From assembly GCF_009914755.1 (NCBI RefSeq), contig NC_060947.1: a stretch of DNA of 64,000 nucleotides; one strand, given 5' to 3'. This DNA comes from the human T2T-CHM13v2.0 reference genome, Homo sapiens. The position numbers and the translations under genes were made by a program. Of this stretch, positions 24,398 through 39,000 are shown one piece after another (the first letter of the stretch is position 1; every line of letters begins with the position of its first letter). The notes beneath the pieces are model-generated. The model had not been told where the DNA came from and did not search any database. It saw only the letters and a program-made list of their open reading frames with translations.

Positions 24398-25428
24398 TAA
24401 GTTGCTAAGGTCAATGAGGTACAAGTGTTTTTGGGGGAAGATCAAGGGGGAGATTCACAAGTGTTGTAACAGATTGCTTACTCAGGTTCTCCCGATCATC
24501 CCTCATTCTAGAGGCTCTGGGTCTGTTTAATTAATGGCTCATGCCTGGGACTTGTACGTGAGCTATCCCTCTGGCTGCTAGGCTAGTGTGATGGCTGAAA
24601 TGCCAGGCACCGCTGTTGGTTAGACCAGAGAATCATTTTGGTAGATTTCATTTCTGGGAGCTGCAAAGTTAATTATCCATAGCCAGAGATCCTTGCATGT
24701 GTGTTAGTCAGCTTAGGCTGCCATAACAAAATACTACAGATTGGGTGGCTTAAACAACAGACATTGATTTTCTCACAGTTCTGGAGTCTAGAAGTCCAAG
24801 ATCAAGGTGGCTACCAGGGTTGGTTTCTGGTTGGTTTCCCAGGAGAAGCTGCTGTGGACAGAGTTATTGGCTTAATTGGCCACAATAGACTCCACAGAAA
24901 GAACATGCTTGTAGAGTGATAGACACTCATTCGATTAAACCATTGCACTGCCATGCTCAAATTCATCCAATAAATTGCTCAATGTTTCTGCTTGTGCAGG
25001 CACAGACTAAAACCAAGAAATAGACTGCCATCTAGAGTCCGTTTATATAATGGGGAAAAGGGTTCAAAGATTAGATTATTTGTTCTATCCATACATGGGC
25101 AAGTCATTTCCCCTTCTGGGATCTCAATGTCCTTGCCAGCAAAATGAGAATGTTGCCTTAGACCCGTAGTTTCCAAACTCAGCTCCACAAAACATGCATG
25201 CCTTTAATGGTTTGTAATTAGAGTCGCTCATCAGAATGATCCATGATCCTTGAAAATATACATACCCCCATGCTTCACCCTAGATACTCTGATTCAGAAG
25301 GAGGTGTGGAGCAGAGTGAGGGCCTGGGCACACGTATAAAACAAAAAAACATTTCACAGGTGCTTCCCAAGCCCTCCCCAGGTAAGGAATCAGTGATACA
25401 GATGTTAATAGGTACTCCTTTAACAATG

Positions 25429-25635
25429 GTGCTATGGTTTGGATATGGTTTCTTTGGCCCCTCTATGTTTCATGCTGAAATTTAATCCTCAGTGTTAGAG
25501 GTGGGGCCTGGTGGGAGGTATTTGGGTCATGGGGCTGGATCCCTCATAAATGACTTGGCGCCATTCTCACGGGAGAGAGTGAGCTCTCACTCTTAGTTCC
25601 CGCTAGAACTGGTTGTTGACAAGAGCCTGGCACCT

Positions 25636-25684
<49 letters not shown>

Positions 25685-25897
25685 CTCCTCTCCTGTCATG
25701 TGATCCCCATGCACCAGCTCTCCTTCGCCTTCTGCCATGAGTGGAAGCTCCCTGAAGCCCTCACCAGAAGGCAGATGCTGGTGCCATGCTTCTCATACAG
25801 CCTGCAGAACTGTGAGCCAAATAAACTTATTTTCTTTAAAAATTACCCAGTCTCAGATAGTCCTTTATAGCAACACAAACAGACTAAGACAAACAGC
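25429..25897 (+). mobile_element. MST-type MaLR LTR containing (CT)n (about 25638-25682), flanked by MER5-like fragments
   Basis: tgctatggtttggatatggttt start; gaactgtgagccaaataaac...gactaagaca end. Confidence 0.85.
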
Positions 25898-28292
25898 AAC
25901 CAAATCTCTTCATTCCAGGGCTTCTGGAAGCCTTTAATATTCTAAAGTACAGTGCAGATCTCCAATAGGTATTTATCTAATGTGCCATTCACAGAGGGGT
26001 TTGACTATAGAAGCAACACATACCAACAGCTGAGGCCTATCAGTGTTCCTCAGGTCATAGTTGAGAATACCCTAGGCTAGGATATATTCAGGGCCACTAT
26101 GAGTCTATATCCAAAGATTCTAAGTAAACATTTTATTTTGATGAATCATTGTACACGATATTAAGGAATTTTCCATGGGGAAAATAGCACAGAGCAACTT
26201 TACAAGGATGCATTTTCAAAGTGTCCTTAGCACCCCCAATGAAATATATTGCCAAAGAACAAAATACTACTATGGTTTCTAATATTTTTGGCGGTTTGTC
26301 CTTTTTTATTAAGATGGGAACCAAAACAGAAACTAACACTCTGGGCCTTCTCAGAACGCTATCCATATCACAGTCTCACCTCTGAACTTTGCACAATATT
26401 TAAATTATGGCCTAGAGAGATGTTTATTTTGTCTTCTACTCTCCTGGAGACAGACAGAAGACACCGCTTTATTTTCAATTCTTCTTAGGGTACAGAGAGG
26501 GAAGAGTGAGCTGAAATTCCAACCCCTTGCAAAGCCAGAGATGGTTCCTTTAGACCCAACAGTAGATTAGAAGACATTCACACTCCTTGGGTAAGCTTCT
26601 ATCTCAAATACAGACTTTGTTCCTATATATTGGCTATTGCCCTTTTATAAGATACTACTCTAAGTATTGGCTCACATTTCCATATACATAAAGTAGTAGG
26701 CTGATTCCAACGCAGGCCACAGCAGTTCCTCTCATCCCTGGATGCTCAGCAATTTGCACTGTGACTTTGCCACTCCTTCCTTCAATAAGTGGAGTCTTTT
26801 TCTCCACCCCCATGAATCTGGGCTGGCCGGTGACTTGCTTCGACCTTATGGAATTGGTAGCAGAGACATTTTGGGAGTTCTGAGCCTATTCAAAAGGCTT
26901 TGAAGTATTCACTCTCATTCTCTACCCATACAGAGAAGGCTGAAAGCCTAAATTTCCTGGAAGCTTGAAACATATAGAGGCCTGTGAACCATACCACAAC
27001 CAGAACTACTGAGCACTAGATGAGGCTAGGCAGGTCCTCCCACCGCCCCGCCCCACTCCCACCCACCTGCAAAGCTCACCTGGTAAATACTGAGTTACCA
27101 TCTGGATCTGACACACAGGATCAATTGCTCTAGGCCCTGGCTCCCTAGGGCCCCGCATTGCTGGCAGCTGGTCAGGGACTGTTTTCCAGGAGGCAGAGAA
27201 AAGCTGCTGAATCCCACGTTCAAACAAGCAGTCCACAAGCCACCCTCAGGGAAGCAGGGTGCAGAGGTGGGTCTGTGCCCTCTCCAACACACATCTTCCA
27301 AGCTGCCCATTGCCATTTTCTGAATTCTGGCTCCTTGTCAAACTCTCTTGTGTGTTCACATTCACCATAACTCCATGGTATAAATGCACTGGCAAATAGG
27401 GCCGAGAAGCAGGAAAGAGCAGTTTGCCCAGGCTTTGCCTTTCCTGAACCACACCTTGGACCTCACATCCCATGAAAGGCAGCTCTATTCATCATGGCCC
27501 ACAAGACTCCATCTGCTGTGTCTTGTGGGCTGATGTTGGTGTCATATCCCACTGAAGCCTCATAGTCTACAGCCAATAGTGACACGTACACACATGCCAA
27601 TAGTGACATGTACACAGATCTTCTAGAAGCTACTGTGTCATTCGAATGGCATGAAGAAGGCATGTTCCACATAAAAAGAGGTGAGAAAAAAATAAATGCA
27701 CTTGGTGCATTAATGGGGTGGGACTGGGGTCATGTTTCCTCTCTTCATACAATTACTTTCCTTGCTGTTGCTATGAATTTGCACTGCTGGTGAGAATGTA
27801 AATTGGTCCAACCAAATGAGAAACGTGTTTGGCATTATCTAGTAAAGTTAAACATAAGCATCCCCCGTGATGCAACAATGTAATTCCAAGTTCTTTACCC
27901 AATGGAAACATGTACATATGTTCAACAAAAGATATTTACAAGAACTGGCCATTATCAAGAAAGTGAAGAATTAGATAGGCTAGTTAAGAGGCTATTAGAA
28001 TAATCCAGGAGAGGTGTAAAGGTGTTTTGGACAGAGGTCATAACAGTGGAGGTGCCAGGAAGTGGTCAGATTCTGGTTGTATGTTGAAGGTAGACTTGAG
28101 TTAATGTGGGGCATGAAAGAAACAGAGGATTCAAGGATGACAGCAAGGCCTTTAGCTTGAGCAACAGAAAGGAAAGAGTTGCCATTTACCAAGATGGGGA
28201 AGACAGAGGAAGTGTAGACTTGGGAGATGAAAAATATAAGTCTTGATAAATCCATCATGATTATTAAATCATTCTATTTATTTAAAAAAGCA

Positions 28293-28618
<326 letters not shown>

Positions 28619-29094
28619 TTAAATGTTCCAATATTATATGTATATATATGTAGTATGTAGTATGTATGTATATATGTAGTATGTATGTATATAAAAATTA
28701 GTAAGAGTTTTACTTAAAATCCTAACTCTAAACCCATGATTAAATTATGTATTTTAAATTCGAACCGCATCTTCTTTGGGCTGAGCTGTTTTGGGCATCC
28801 AAGGGGGGTTGACACACAGCAGTATCTCATAAAAACACATGATTCATGAAAGAAACAGAAGTGTCATTAAAACTGACTGCCCTAAGTAAATGGTGTATTA
28901 TGTGCATATATGTGATTATGATGTTAAAGAAAGTAATGTAATGATCAGAGTGGCAATTCAATTTTGTGGTGTTGGTAAAACACTAAAAGCAAATGTTTCT
29001 GGTAAAATAATACAATCCCTCCTATTTTTATATTTTCAGCATCTCTGAAGATGTCCTATAATTATTTTCATTTAGTGTCCTAATATAGCAAATT

Positions 29095-29750
29095 AATAGA
29101 TTTCTGAACATTTAACCCACCTTCTATTAACTGTTCATGGTGCATTACTCTTTGAATGTGCTGCTCTGGATGTTTGCTAATATTTGGGGCTTTCCTATTA
29201 ATGTTTCAAAGTAACCACATCTGCGGCCAGGGAGCCAATAATCTGGCTGAGAGATGCATGAAGGAGGAAAATGTGTTCACAGAACCTCACTCCAGTGGCG
29301 TCCACAGCCGAGAGTCAGTAAAGGGACACGCTACAGCTGATGAGTTAGGTGAGGGGAGGAGTACGGTAGGAGGCCGCATCACCTTCCAGAACACGTGTCC
29401 TCTGCTCTCTTTGGGCAGCGGGCGCAATCTCCCCTCACACCGCAAACTGTCCTGGGATCTTCCCCCGCGCACCGCCCCTCGCCCGCGCCTGCCTTGGGAA
29501 ATCTTGGCCCCACCTTTCTGATTCAGACCCCGCCTCCTGAAGAGAGTTAAGCCCTCCCCCACGTTCTCACAGCCGCGGCCCGGCCCCGTTCTGAGCTTGC
29601 GCACTAGTGACCATCGGGCTTTGGGGGCGGAGCCCGCGCAAGCACTCAGGCCACGCCCATGGCCAAGCCCACATTCCGCCCCATGGACAGGCCCACATTC
29701 CGCCCCATGGACACGCCTCCACAACCATGCATTTCCGGTGATGCTTAGAA
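29095..29750 (+). promoter_or_regulatory. CpG-rich paralogous copy of the RTL8C upstream/promoter region with no downstream RTL8 CDS
   Basis: Colinear matches to 56797-56850 plus 57138-57690 (ggtgcattactctttgaat, gggagccaataatctgg, ggaaaatgtgttcacagaacctca, actag.gacca..ggcttt...ggcggag, gcatttccgg). Confidence 0.8.
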
Positions 29751-31265
29751 ATATAAAGATCGGAGTGGTAATGTAATTTTGTGACGTTGGTGAAAGACTA
29801 AAAGCAAATGGCAAAATCATACCCACTGACCTGAAATAGGGTCCAAATCGGGACAAAAAGGACATTTTTCTTTGCCTCCACCCTCTGACACAGCCTTTAG
29901 GAGGACAATGCCCTACGGCTGCCCCCAGCTGCCTAGAATCCACTCTACCCCAGACTACAGTGACAATTCTAAGCCCACCTGTCTTATGCAGAAACCGGGA
30001 GGCAGAAGGGGGCACACAACAGGAAGGGGAAGAAATGTTCTCTGAGGGAGAAACAGGTCCGTTTGGCACTTTCCACAGATGCACCCAACTCCGACTGGAA
30101 TAACTGCTGCTTACTCCTCTGCTCATTGTGTCTTTGCAATTAAAAGAAAAAATTGAAGTAATTATCTCTGGTGAGTCACTTTCTGTATAGTTCACTTGTT
30201 ATTCTCTCCTTTGTGCCATTATGAATTGACAAGTCCTTTGCAATAAGATAGAGAACAGTTTTGTAATAAAAAAGAACACAGTTGTTTAAAAAAAAACATG
30301 AAAACACAGGTTACAAAAAATGAAGCAATAAGGTAATGCACATAAATTAAGTCAAAGCAATGGAAAATAAATTGCAAACACAATAGAGTTATAAATATAT
30401 ATGGAAAAGAAGGACTAGATGACAATAAAACAAGATATAAACTGTTTCAGTTTATATGGTAAGAATAATGCTATTTTTTTCTAATAATCTCTGTTTTCAA
30501 ATTTTCTTTAATGAATATCTGTGTACCAGCCCTTGTCCATTCTAGGGTGCTGTGGGGTTAAGATCAAACAAGGTATAGAATCACACATGCCTGGGTTTTA
30601 ATCCTGCCTCAGCAAATTACTAACAGTATGTCCTTGAGCAAGTGACTTGACTTCTCTGAGACATACATATAGGGCCTGGCTGCCCAGATTACTATAAGCA
30701 TGAAGAAAGATGATACAGACTAATGCTCAGCACAGGGTCTGTCAGAGGTAGTAACTGGGCTAATTGTAGCTATTACAATAGGGAACTTGATGGGTTTGTG
30801 ATTTTGCTATTTATTTATTTTATTATATTACTAATCCTCAGTTAAAAATACATGTGAGAAGCATCCCCCAAATCTCACCAAATTTTTCTTTAGTTTCTTA
30901 CCCTGTAGGTCCTATTTCTTCCTTGAGGGCATTTACCGCATCTTGCCCTCATATAATGTCTCTTTCCCCAGACATTGCCCCTCTCCATCCAGGCTCCTCA
31001 TCGTCACTTACAGTTTCTCTGGGGAGTTAGGATGGCAGGGTGAACCAGCCTTATATACTCCCTAGTCTATGGATGGTGATAGCTCAGGGAACCTCCAGCA
31101 GCAGCAATTCCTGTCTCAGTGTGTCCCTGGCTTTCTGAGACAATGGTCATCTTAACTCACACATTCCCTTGTATAATGAAAAAATGAGGGAAGATGACAT
31201 GTACTTGGCCAATGACCCTCCACTATCTGGGGGCCAGTGCAACTGGGCATCGAAAGCCTTATCTG

Positions 31266-31541
31266 GGCTGAGTGGCAGTGGCTCACACCTGTAATCTCAG
31301 CACTTTGGGAGGCTGAGGCAGGAGGATTGCTTGAGGCCAGGAGTTTGAGACCAGCCTGGGCAATATAGCAAGACCCCCCTCTCTACAAAAAAGAAAAAAA
31401 TAAGCTGGGCGTGGTAGTGCATGCCTGTAGTTCCAGCTACTCGAGAGGCCGAGGCAAGACAATCGCTTGACCCCAGGAGTTGAAGGCTGCAGTGAGCTAT
31501 TATTGTACCACTGCACTCCAGCCTGGGTAACAGAGCAAGAT
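31266..31541 (+). mobile_element. AluJ
   Basis: Alu consensus, tail missing. Confidence 0.9.
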
Positions 31542-32192
31542 TCATTACTGGATGCCCATCACAAGCTTTCAAAGACTGTGTGTGGCCGCCATCGGCTGAG
31601 ACAGTGCTAGAAGGGAATTTGGTTAATGGTAATAACTTGGACGTCACTGGCCATCTGCTCCCTAATCCTTCAGTCCCTTTCAAACTCCCCACTGCCCAGA
31701 ACAACATTTCAGAGAATCTCTGGGAAGAGTGGCACACATATGGAGGCGTGGGCAACAGTAGCTGGCTGGGAGTGGTTCACAGCCTAATGTGAGACTCATT
31801 CTGTAACACAAGAGAGGGTAATAAAAGGCATATCAATCAAGTTTCAGCTGCAATTGGAGAAGTGATTTGAGCTTAGCATACTAGTAAAACCCTAACACAA
31901 GAGGTGAGACACTGCAGCTTGGGCCCCTCTAGACTGAATGGAAAGAATAGAGTTTCTGAAACCGGCTGTTTAAGATCACTATGAAATCCCAGGGAGAGAG
32001 CCATGCCCAACCACCCAGTGTAGCACATCTATAGGCAGGACAGACTGTTTGCAATGGTCTTGTTCTCCTTTTCTGTGGGGGCAGATTTTTTTTTCTTCTT
32101 GCTTTGATAGGAAAGGGTGGAGATTTTAATGATCACAACGATATGGTTATTTGATGAAGTGTTTAAATCAAGGTAAGCTGCACAGAGGGTAG

Positions 32193-32595
<403 letters not shown>

Positions 32596-33099
32596 TAACT
32601 TAATTCTGCTATTACAAAGCCTTTATAAGACCTAGTGGTGTGTTGTAATGAAAGATGCCTCAGACACAAAAGACCAAGATTCTAATGCAGGGTTTACCAG
32701 GAATTAACTGTGTGTCTTCTGCTTCCAGCTGTGGTCCTCATGACTTTTGCAACAATCTTCTGCTGACATACTGGTCATCTTGCCTTCTGTCTCACCCTTA
32801 GCAGTATCAGGATATTCCCCCAACACTCTCACAATCTCCAAATATGTGTTTGTGTCCTTCATGAAGTGGTCAAAAGGATCAGTTCTCCTAAGGAGGTATT
32901 AGATCACCTACTATCTTTAGGAGAATACTGCTCTAGACAAAGGGGAGAACTTCCATCATGGCCAGAAGACCTCACACTCTTGCCATGAAGCCCCTGTCCT
33001 CAATCTATCAGATTATAGAGTTCAGAGTTCTTCCCTGGTTCATGCAATGATGCACATGGCAGAGCCATACTAGCATTCATTGTGAATAATACAAATCTA

Positions 33100-36000
33100 C
33101 AAGTGGAATCTTCTCAAACATTTTATTGGAAGAACACAAATATTTTATAAAATGCAAGAAACCAAAGTGACAAACACTTTGAAAACACAGAAATGAGGCC
33201 GATTGAGGTGAACTCAATGGCAGGACTTCTAAATTACATTATCTGTAGTGAAAAAGTATTAACGAGACTTAACAGGTTGTCACTCATTCTTCAGTCTAAT
33301 TTCAAGAGCATGACTGGCTCAACTAGGGTGAGGTGAAAGGTACCAAACCAAGTAGCTATGGCCAGTCACATAGGAAACAGAAGGGTGTGGAAAGGTCTCA
33401 GAGAAAAGCTGCTTCCTGGACAGACCAATCAGCCTGAGACTGCTGCCTTCCACCCCAGTACATAGATACAGTACATACATGTTTTGACCCGTCCCCGTAT
33501 GTAAAATATTTAAAACCATCTCTTGAGTAAGTACTAAAGCACATATCATGAACAATGAAAACAACCCAAAGTCCAAGCCAATCCCAAAGTCAATTCCTGT
33601 TTGTATGTATAAATAGCTGGTGTCATGGGGCCATTCCTTGAGACAAAGTCCTCCAGATGAAGTGCATGGCTTCTGTAGAACTGTTGGATTTGATGAAATT
33701 CAAAAACCTATGGACTAAACGTTAACCTTAAACACTGCCAATGTAAAATACTACATGTAAATTGAAGAATCAAGGCAAAAAATAATATGGAAGCAGTAAT
33801 GGCATTACCCATTTCCCATGGAGAACCATTCTCCTTTCCTTGTGTTCTAAAATCTAAAAACATTTGGTGAGGAGAATTCATCTGTAATCATAAAAAGTTC
33901 TATGCTTACCTCTAACCCCAGGTTCCCAGATCCACCATTTCTGGACTTTGGAGAAGCACAGGTGCTTGTTTTCTGGCTTAAATTATATTCCACATCCTGT
34001 AGATCAGCATGTTGACTGCAGAACTAGTAGTCCAAGCTGACACTGGAGTGGAGTCTACAACAGGCCTTTCTAGCATTCTGTAAGGCATCATGTCTGACTG
34101 ATGGGGAGACCGGGAAAATCCATGAATCCCACTAGGATTCACTGAATACAGCCCACTGCTATTCTTTTCTCAAATTAAGCAGCACTACACTAGGTTTGCA
34201 TGTGAATACGAAGGTACAAAGAAAGCTCAGAAGACCAACACAAATCTAAACTGTTGGGTGGCCACCCTGGCAGCTGTCAGCAATCCATATACTGCATGAC
34301 TGGAGTCAGCACAATGGGCTGAGAGGACAAACTCCAATCCAGAGGGATCTGGAGGAACTGATTCAAACTGTATGGGAGTGCATACATTTTGCACATTCTT
34401 TCATACCTTTTGGAGAGGCCCATGCACTAAATATCCAGAAGAGAGGAACTGGGTCCTCATCTACAGCCAAAAATTCTATCAGGCGGTAGATATAACAAGT
34501 CATACAAAGTAAATGTCTGTCTACTACAGGAAACCAAACCTCTGCTCATTTAGGACTCAAGGACAGGAGGATATGAGATAAATTGTACAGCCCCACTTGT
34601 CAACAGACCATTGACATCAACATGTCAATTTAAGCCATCTGTAAACAAGGCTAATGGTTTGATTCCTCACTCCAACTGGTTATAAAGAACCCTTCATAAA
34701 AACACTGGTATGGGTAAAAGCATGCACAGGCTAGAAAATGGGCAAGTGCTCATACTTATTATTTGTCCTTGAGGTCCTGTTTGCACAAGTCCCACATGAG
34801 GAACTTCTCTGCACATGCCTGGCTTGAGCAAGGACACAGGAGTCATCATTGTGAAGGGCAAATTGGGGGAACTGGTATCACATGGCAGCATGTTGAAAGG
34901 GCAAATACAAAGGAAAATAAGAAATAAAAGTTTAAATCTCCCTGGTGAAAAAAGAATAGACCTAACAATTCCCTTTTTTAAGAAGATTTACTTTGGAAAA
35001 CTTGTAAATTCTTCCTCTGCTTCTTTGCAAAGCATGCAAATCTTTTTGAAAGCTAAGTAAGCCTCTTGCCAATTTTACAATCATGAATAAAAGGGGACAG
35101 GCAGCCAAAATAATTGGCAGGCATGAGAACAAGGTAAAGAGGAAACTTAAGCAGTTGAAACTAGAACCTCAGCTCAGCCCTCCTGAGAAACATAGAAGGA
35201 AATGCACATCACAGGCAGTGTCCAGAATGCCAATAAAGCTACAAGAGAACACCCTGGATTATTAACAAGATGAGGGTATACAGCCTATCAGTGAGGATAC
35301 AACAGCATCAGCAAAAGTAACAGCAGTAACTTTGCAGAAGTCCTCCACATTATAGCACTATGTAACAATATAAGAGGGAGAAGCGCCACCTACCTCTGTG
35401 GCCATTTTTCACAGGCTTAAAGCAATACACAGAAGAAGGCTGAGGCAGCAACGCCTTCACCAACAGACAAGGCCACCACTCACTGGGAAAACGGAAAATA
35501 ACAACCTGTCCCCATCATCCATGTGTGACGTTTGCCAGTGGGCACTATATGCACATATCACAGCCTTTGATGTGCATTGTTGTCCTGTGTCCTCCAGGTA
35601 TGCTGCTCCAAAGGTACTGTGAGAAAGGGGAAAAAGGACAGAAGGCACTTCCCTGAATCCTAATGCCCATTGCAACGTTCACATCAAAGACCCTTGTCCT
35701 CTGAACTGTCTGTATTTTCCTCATGTGCAGGAGATTCTTGACATTCCTGCTTGAACTGTTAGGTAGACTGAAGTAGGGAAACCCGCTCCTCTTCTCAAAT
35801 TGTGGAAAAGGATTGGCAGCAAAAATGTATGGCCTGCACAAGAACTAGGTAAAGAGAAAATAACTTAAGCAGTTGAAACCAGGATCTCAGCTCAGCCCTC
35901 CTGAGAAAGATAGAGGGAAATGTGTATCACAGGCAGTGCTCAAGACTTGCAAAAAAGCTATAGGAAAACACCCTGGATTATCACCAAGGTGAAGGCACAT

Positions 36001-39000
36001 AGTGCGTCGCATCAGTATGGATACAACAAATCAGCAAAAGCAAGAGCAGTAACATTGCAGGAGTCCTCCACATTATAGTACTGTGTAACAATATAAGTGA
36101 GTGAAGGGTCACCTATCTCTGTGGCCATTTTTCACAGGCCTTTAGCAATACACAAAAGAAGGCTGATGCAGCAACGCCTTCACCAACAGACAAGCCCACC
36201 ACTCAGTGGGAAATGGAAAATAAGAACCTGCCCCCATCATCCATGTGTGACGTTTGCCAGTAGACCATGTATGCTCATATCACATCAGTCGATATGCATT
36301 GTTGTCCTGTGTCCTCTAGCCATGCTGCTCCAAAGGTACTGTAAGGTCAGGGGATACGGGACAGGAGGCACTTCGCTGAACCCTAATGCCCTCTGCAACT
36401 TTCCCATCAAATACCCTTGTCTTCTGAACTGTCTGTATTTTCCTCATATGCAGGAGATTCTTGACATTCCTGCTTGACCTGTTAGGTAGCCTGAACTAGG
36501 GAAACCCCTGTGCCCTCCTCTTCTTACATTGTGGAAAAGGATTGGCTGCAAAAATGTATGGCCTGCATGAGAACTAGGTAAAGAGAAAATAACTTAAGCA
36601 GTTGAAACCAACATCTCAGCTTAGCCCTCCTGAGAAAGATAGCGGGAAATGCATATCACAGGCAGTGCTCAAGATTGCAATGAAGCTATGGGAAAACACC
36701 CTGGATTATCACCAAGATGAAGGCACACAGTGCATTGCATCGATGAGGATACAAAAGCATCAGCAAAAGCAACAGCAGTAACTTTTCAGAAGTCCTCCAC
36801 ATTATAGTATTATATTACAATATAATAGGGTGAATGGCCTCGTACGTCTGTAGCCATTTTTCAAAGGCCTAAAGCAATAAACAGAAGAAGGCTGAGGCAC
36901 AACGCCTTCACCAGCAGACAAGCCCACCAGTCACCGGAAAAAGGGAAAATAAGAATCTGTCCCCATCATCCATTTCTGATGTTTGCCACTGGACCATGTA
37001 TGTTCATGTCACATCGGTCGATATGCATTGTTGTCCTGTGTCCTCCAGCCATGTTGCTCCAAAGGTACTGTCAGGGAAGAGGAAAAGGGACAGGAGGCAC
37101 TTCGCTGAACCCTAATGCCCACTGTAACTATCACATCAAAGTCCCTAGTCCTCTAAACTGTCTGTATTTTCCTCATATGCAGGAGATTCTTGACATGTCT
37201 GCTTGACCTGTTAGGTAGCCTGAAGCAGGGAAACCCTCTGCCCTCCCCTGCTCAAATTGTGGAAAAGGATTGACAGCAAAAATGTTTGGCCTGCATGAGA
37301 ACTAAGTAAAGAGAAAATAACTTAAGCAGTTGAAACCAGCATCTCAGCTCAGCCCTCCTGAGAATGATAGCGGGAAATGCGTATCACAGGCAGTGCTCAA
37401 GACTTGAAATAAAGCTATTGGAGAACACCCTGGATTATGACCAAGATGAGGGCATACAGTGCATCCCATTCGTGTGGATACAACAGCATCAGCAAAAGCA
37501 ACAGTAGTAACTTTGCAGAAGTTCTCCACATTATAGTACTATGTAACAGTATAATTGAGTGAAGGGTCACCTACCTCTGTGGCCATTTTTTACAGGCCTA
37601 AAGTAATACACAGAAGAAGGCTGAGGCAGCAATGCCTTCACCAACAGACAAGTCCACCACACACTGGGAAAATGGAAAATAACCTGTCCCCATCATTCAT
37701 GCCTGACGTTTGCCAGTGGGCCATGTATGCTCGTATGACATCTGTGGATGTGCAATGTTGTCCTGTGTCCTCCAGTCATGGTACTCCAAATGTACTGTGA
37801 GGGAAGGGAAAAAGGGAATTGGGGGCACTTCCCTGAACCCTAGTGCCCACTGCAACTTTCATATCAAAGTCCCTAGTCCTTGAACTGTCTGTGTTTTCCT
37901 CATATGCAGCAGATTCTTGACATTCCTGCTTGACCTGTTAGGTAGCCTGAAGTAGAGAAACTTCTGTGCCCTCTTCTTTTCTAATTGTGGAAAAGGATTG
38001 GCGGCAAAAATGTATGACCTGCATGAGCACTAGGTAAAGAGAAAATAACTTAAGCAGTTGAAACGAGCATCTCAGCTCAGCCCTCTTGAGTAAGATAACG
38101 GGAAATGCGTATCACAGGTAGTGCTCACGACTTGCAATAAACCTATGGGAGAACACTCTGGATTATGACCAAGATGAGTGCCTACAGTGTATGGCATCAG
38201 TGAGGATACAACAGCATCAGCAAAAGTGACAGCAGTAACTTTGCAGAAGTCCATCACATTATTGAACTACGTGACCATATAGAAGCCCATCATTCACTGA
38301 GGATATGGAAAATAATGACCTGTCCCTTTCATCAATGTCTCAACTTTGCAATGGGCCATATATGCTCATAGGACATTTATCGATGTGCATTGTTTTCCTC
38401 TGTCATATTCTGGAGATTCCTTGCATTCCTGCTTGAATTCTTAGGTAGCCTGAAATACGGAAAGCAGTGTGCCCTCCCCTCCTCAAACTGTGGCTTCCCC
38501 TTATCCTGTAACAGCTGCAGTAGCTGGAGTACTATACAAGATGTATAAATCCCTCACGGTTGTGTCTGTAACACTCTCTGCTTGAAAGCACAGGCAAGGT
38601 CATTTTGAGACCATGTAATTTCCCCTCTGAGAGGACCAAATGGCAGATGGGTCAGATCACCAAGTGGCAACAGCTTATAAACAGGGAAACTGACACCTAC
38701 AGCCTTGAGGTAGGTGCCATTTTCAGCATGAGGAATAGGAGAGATTAAGCTGCTAGCCTGGATACCTGACATGGGAGCTTCCTGAACACTCAGGCTCTTC
38801 TACAGATACCTATGAGGATCAAAATTTCACCAGCTTCATGTACTGGTCATTGACAGGAACCACATGACTTTTCTGTCCCCACCAATGTGCAGAGTATGAT
38901 CAATGGAAGAGTGCAAGAAGCTAAAACAGAGAAATGCTTGAATAAACTTCAACTGCGTTCCTATTCACTGAATCAGGGGTCCTCATGATGCCTGACATGC

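Noticed and set aside
29287-30195. 302-aa minus-strand ORF
   Set aside because: GTG start; runs antisense through the GC-rich orphan promoter; the VHGAECG repeat just reflects the 24-bp duplication; no recognisable domain.
35125-38495. SAGE1-type exon repeat or CRISPR-like array
   Set aside because: Unit translations do not resemble the recalled SAGE1 47-aa repeat; units are ~728 bp without a repeat-spacer structure, and the DNA is human.
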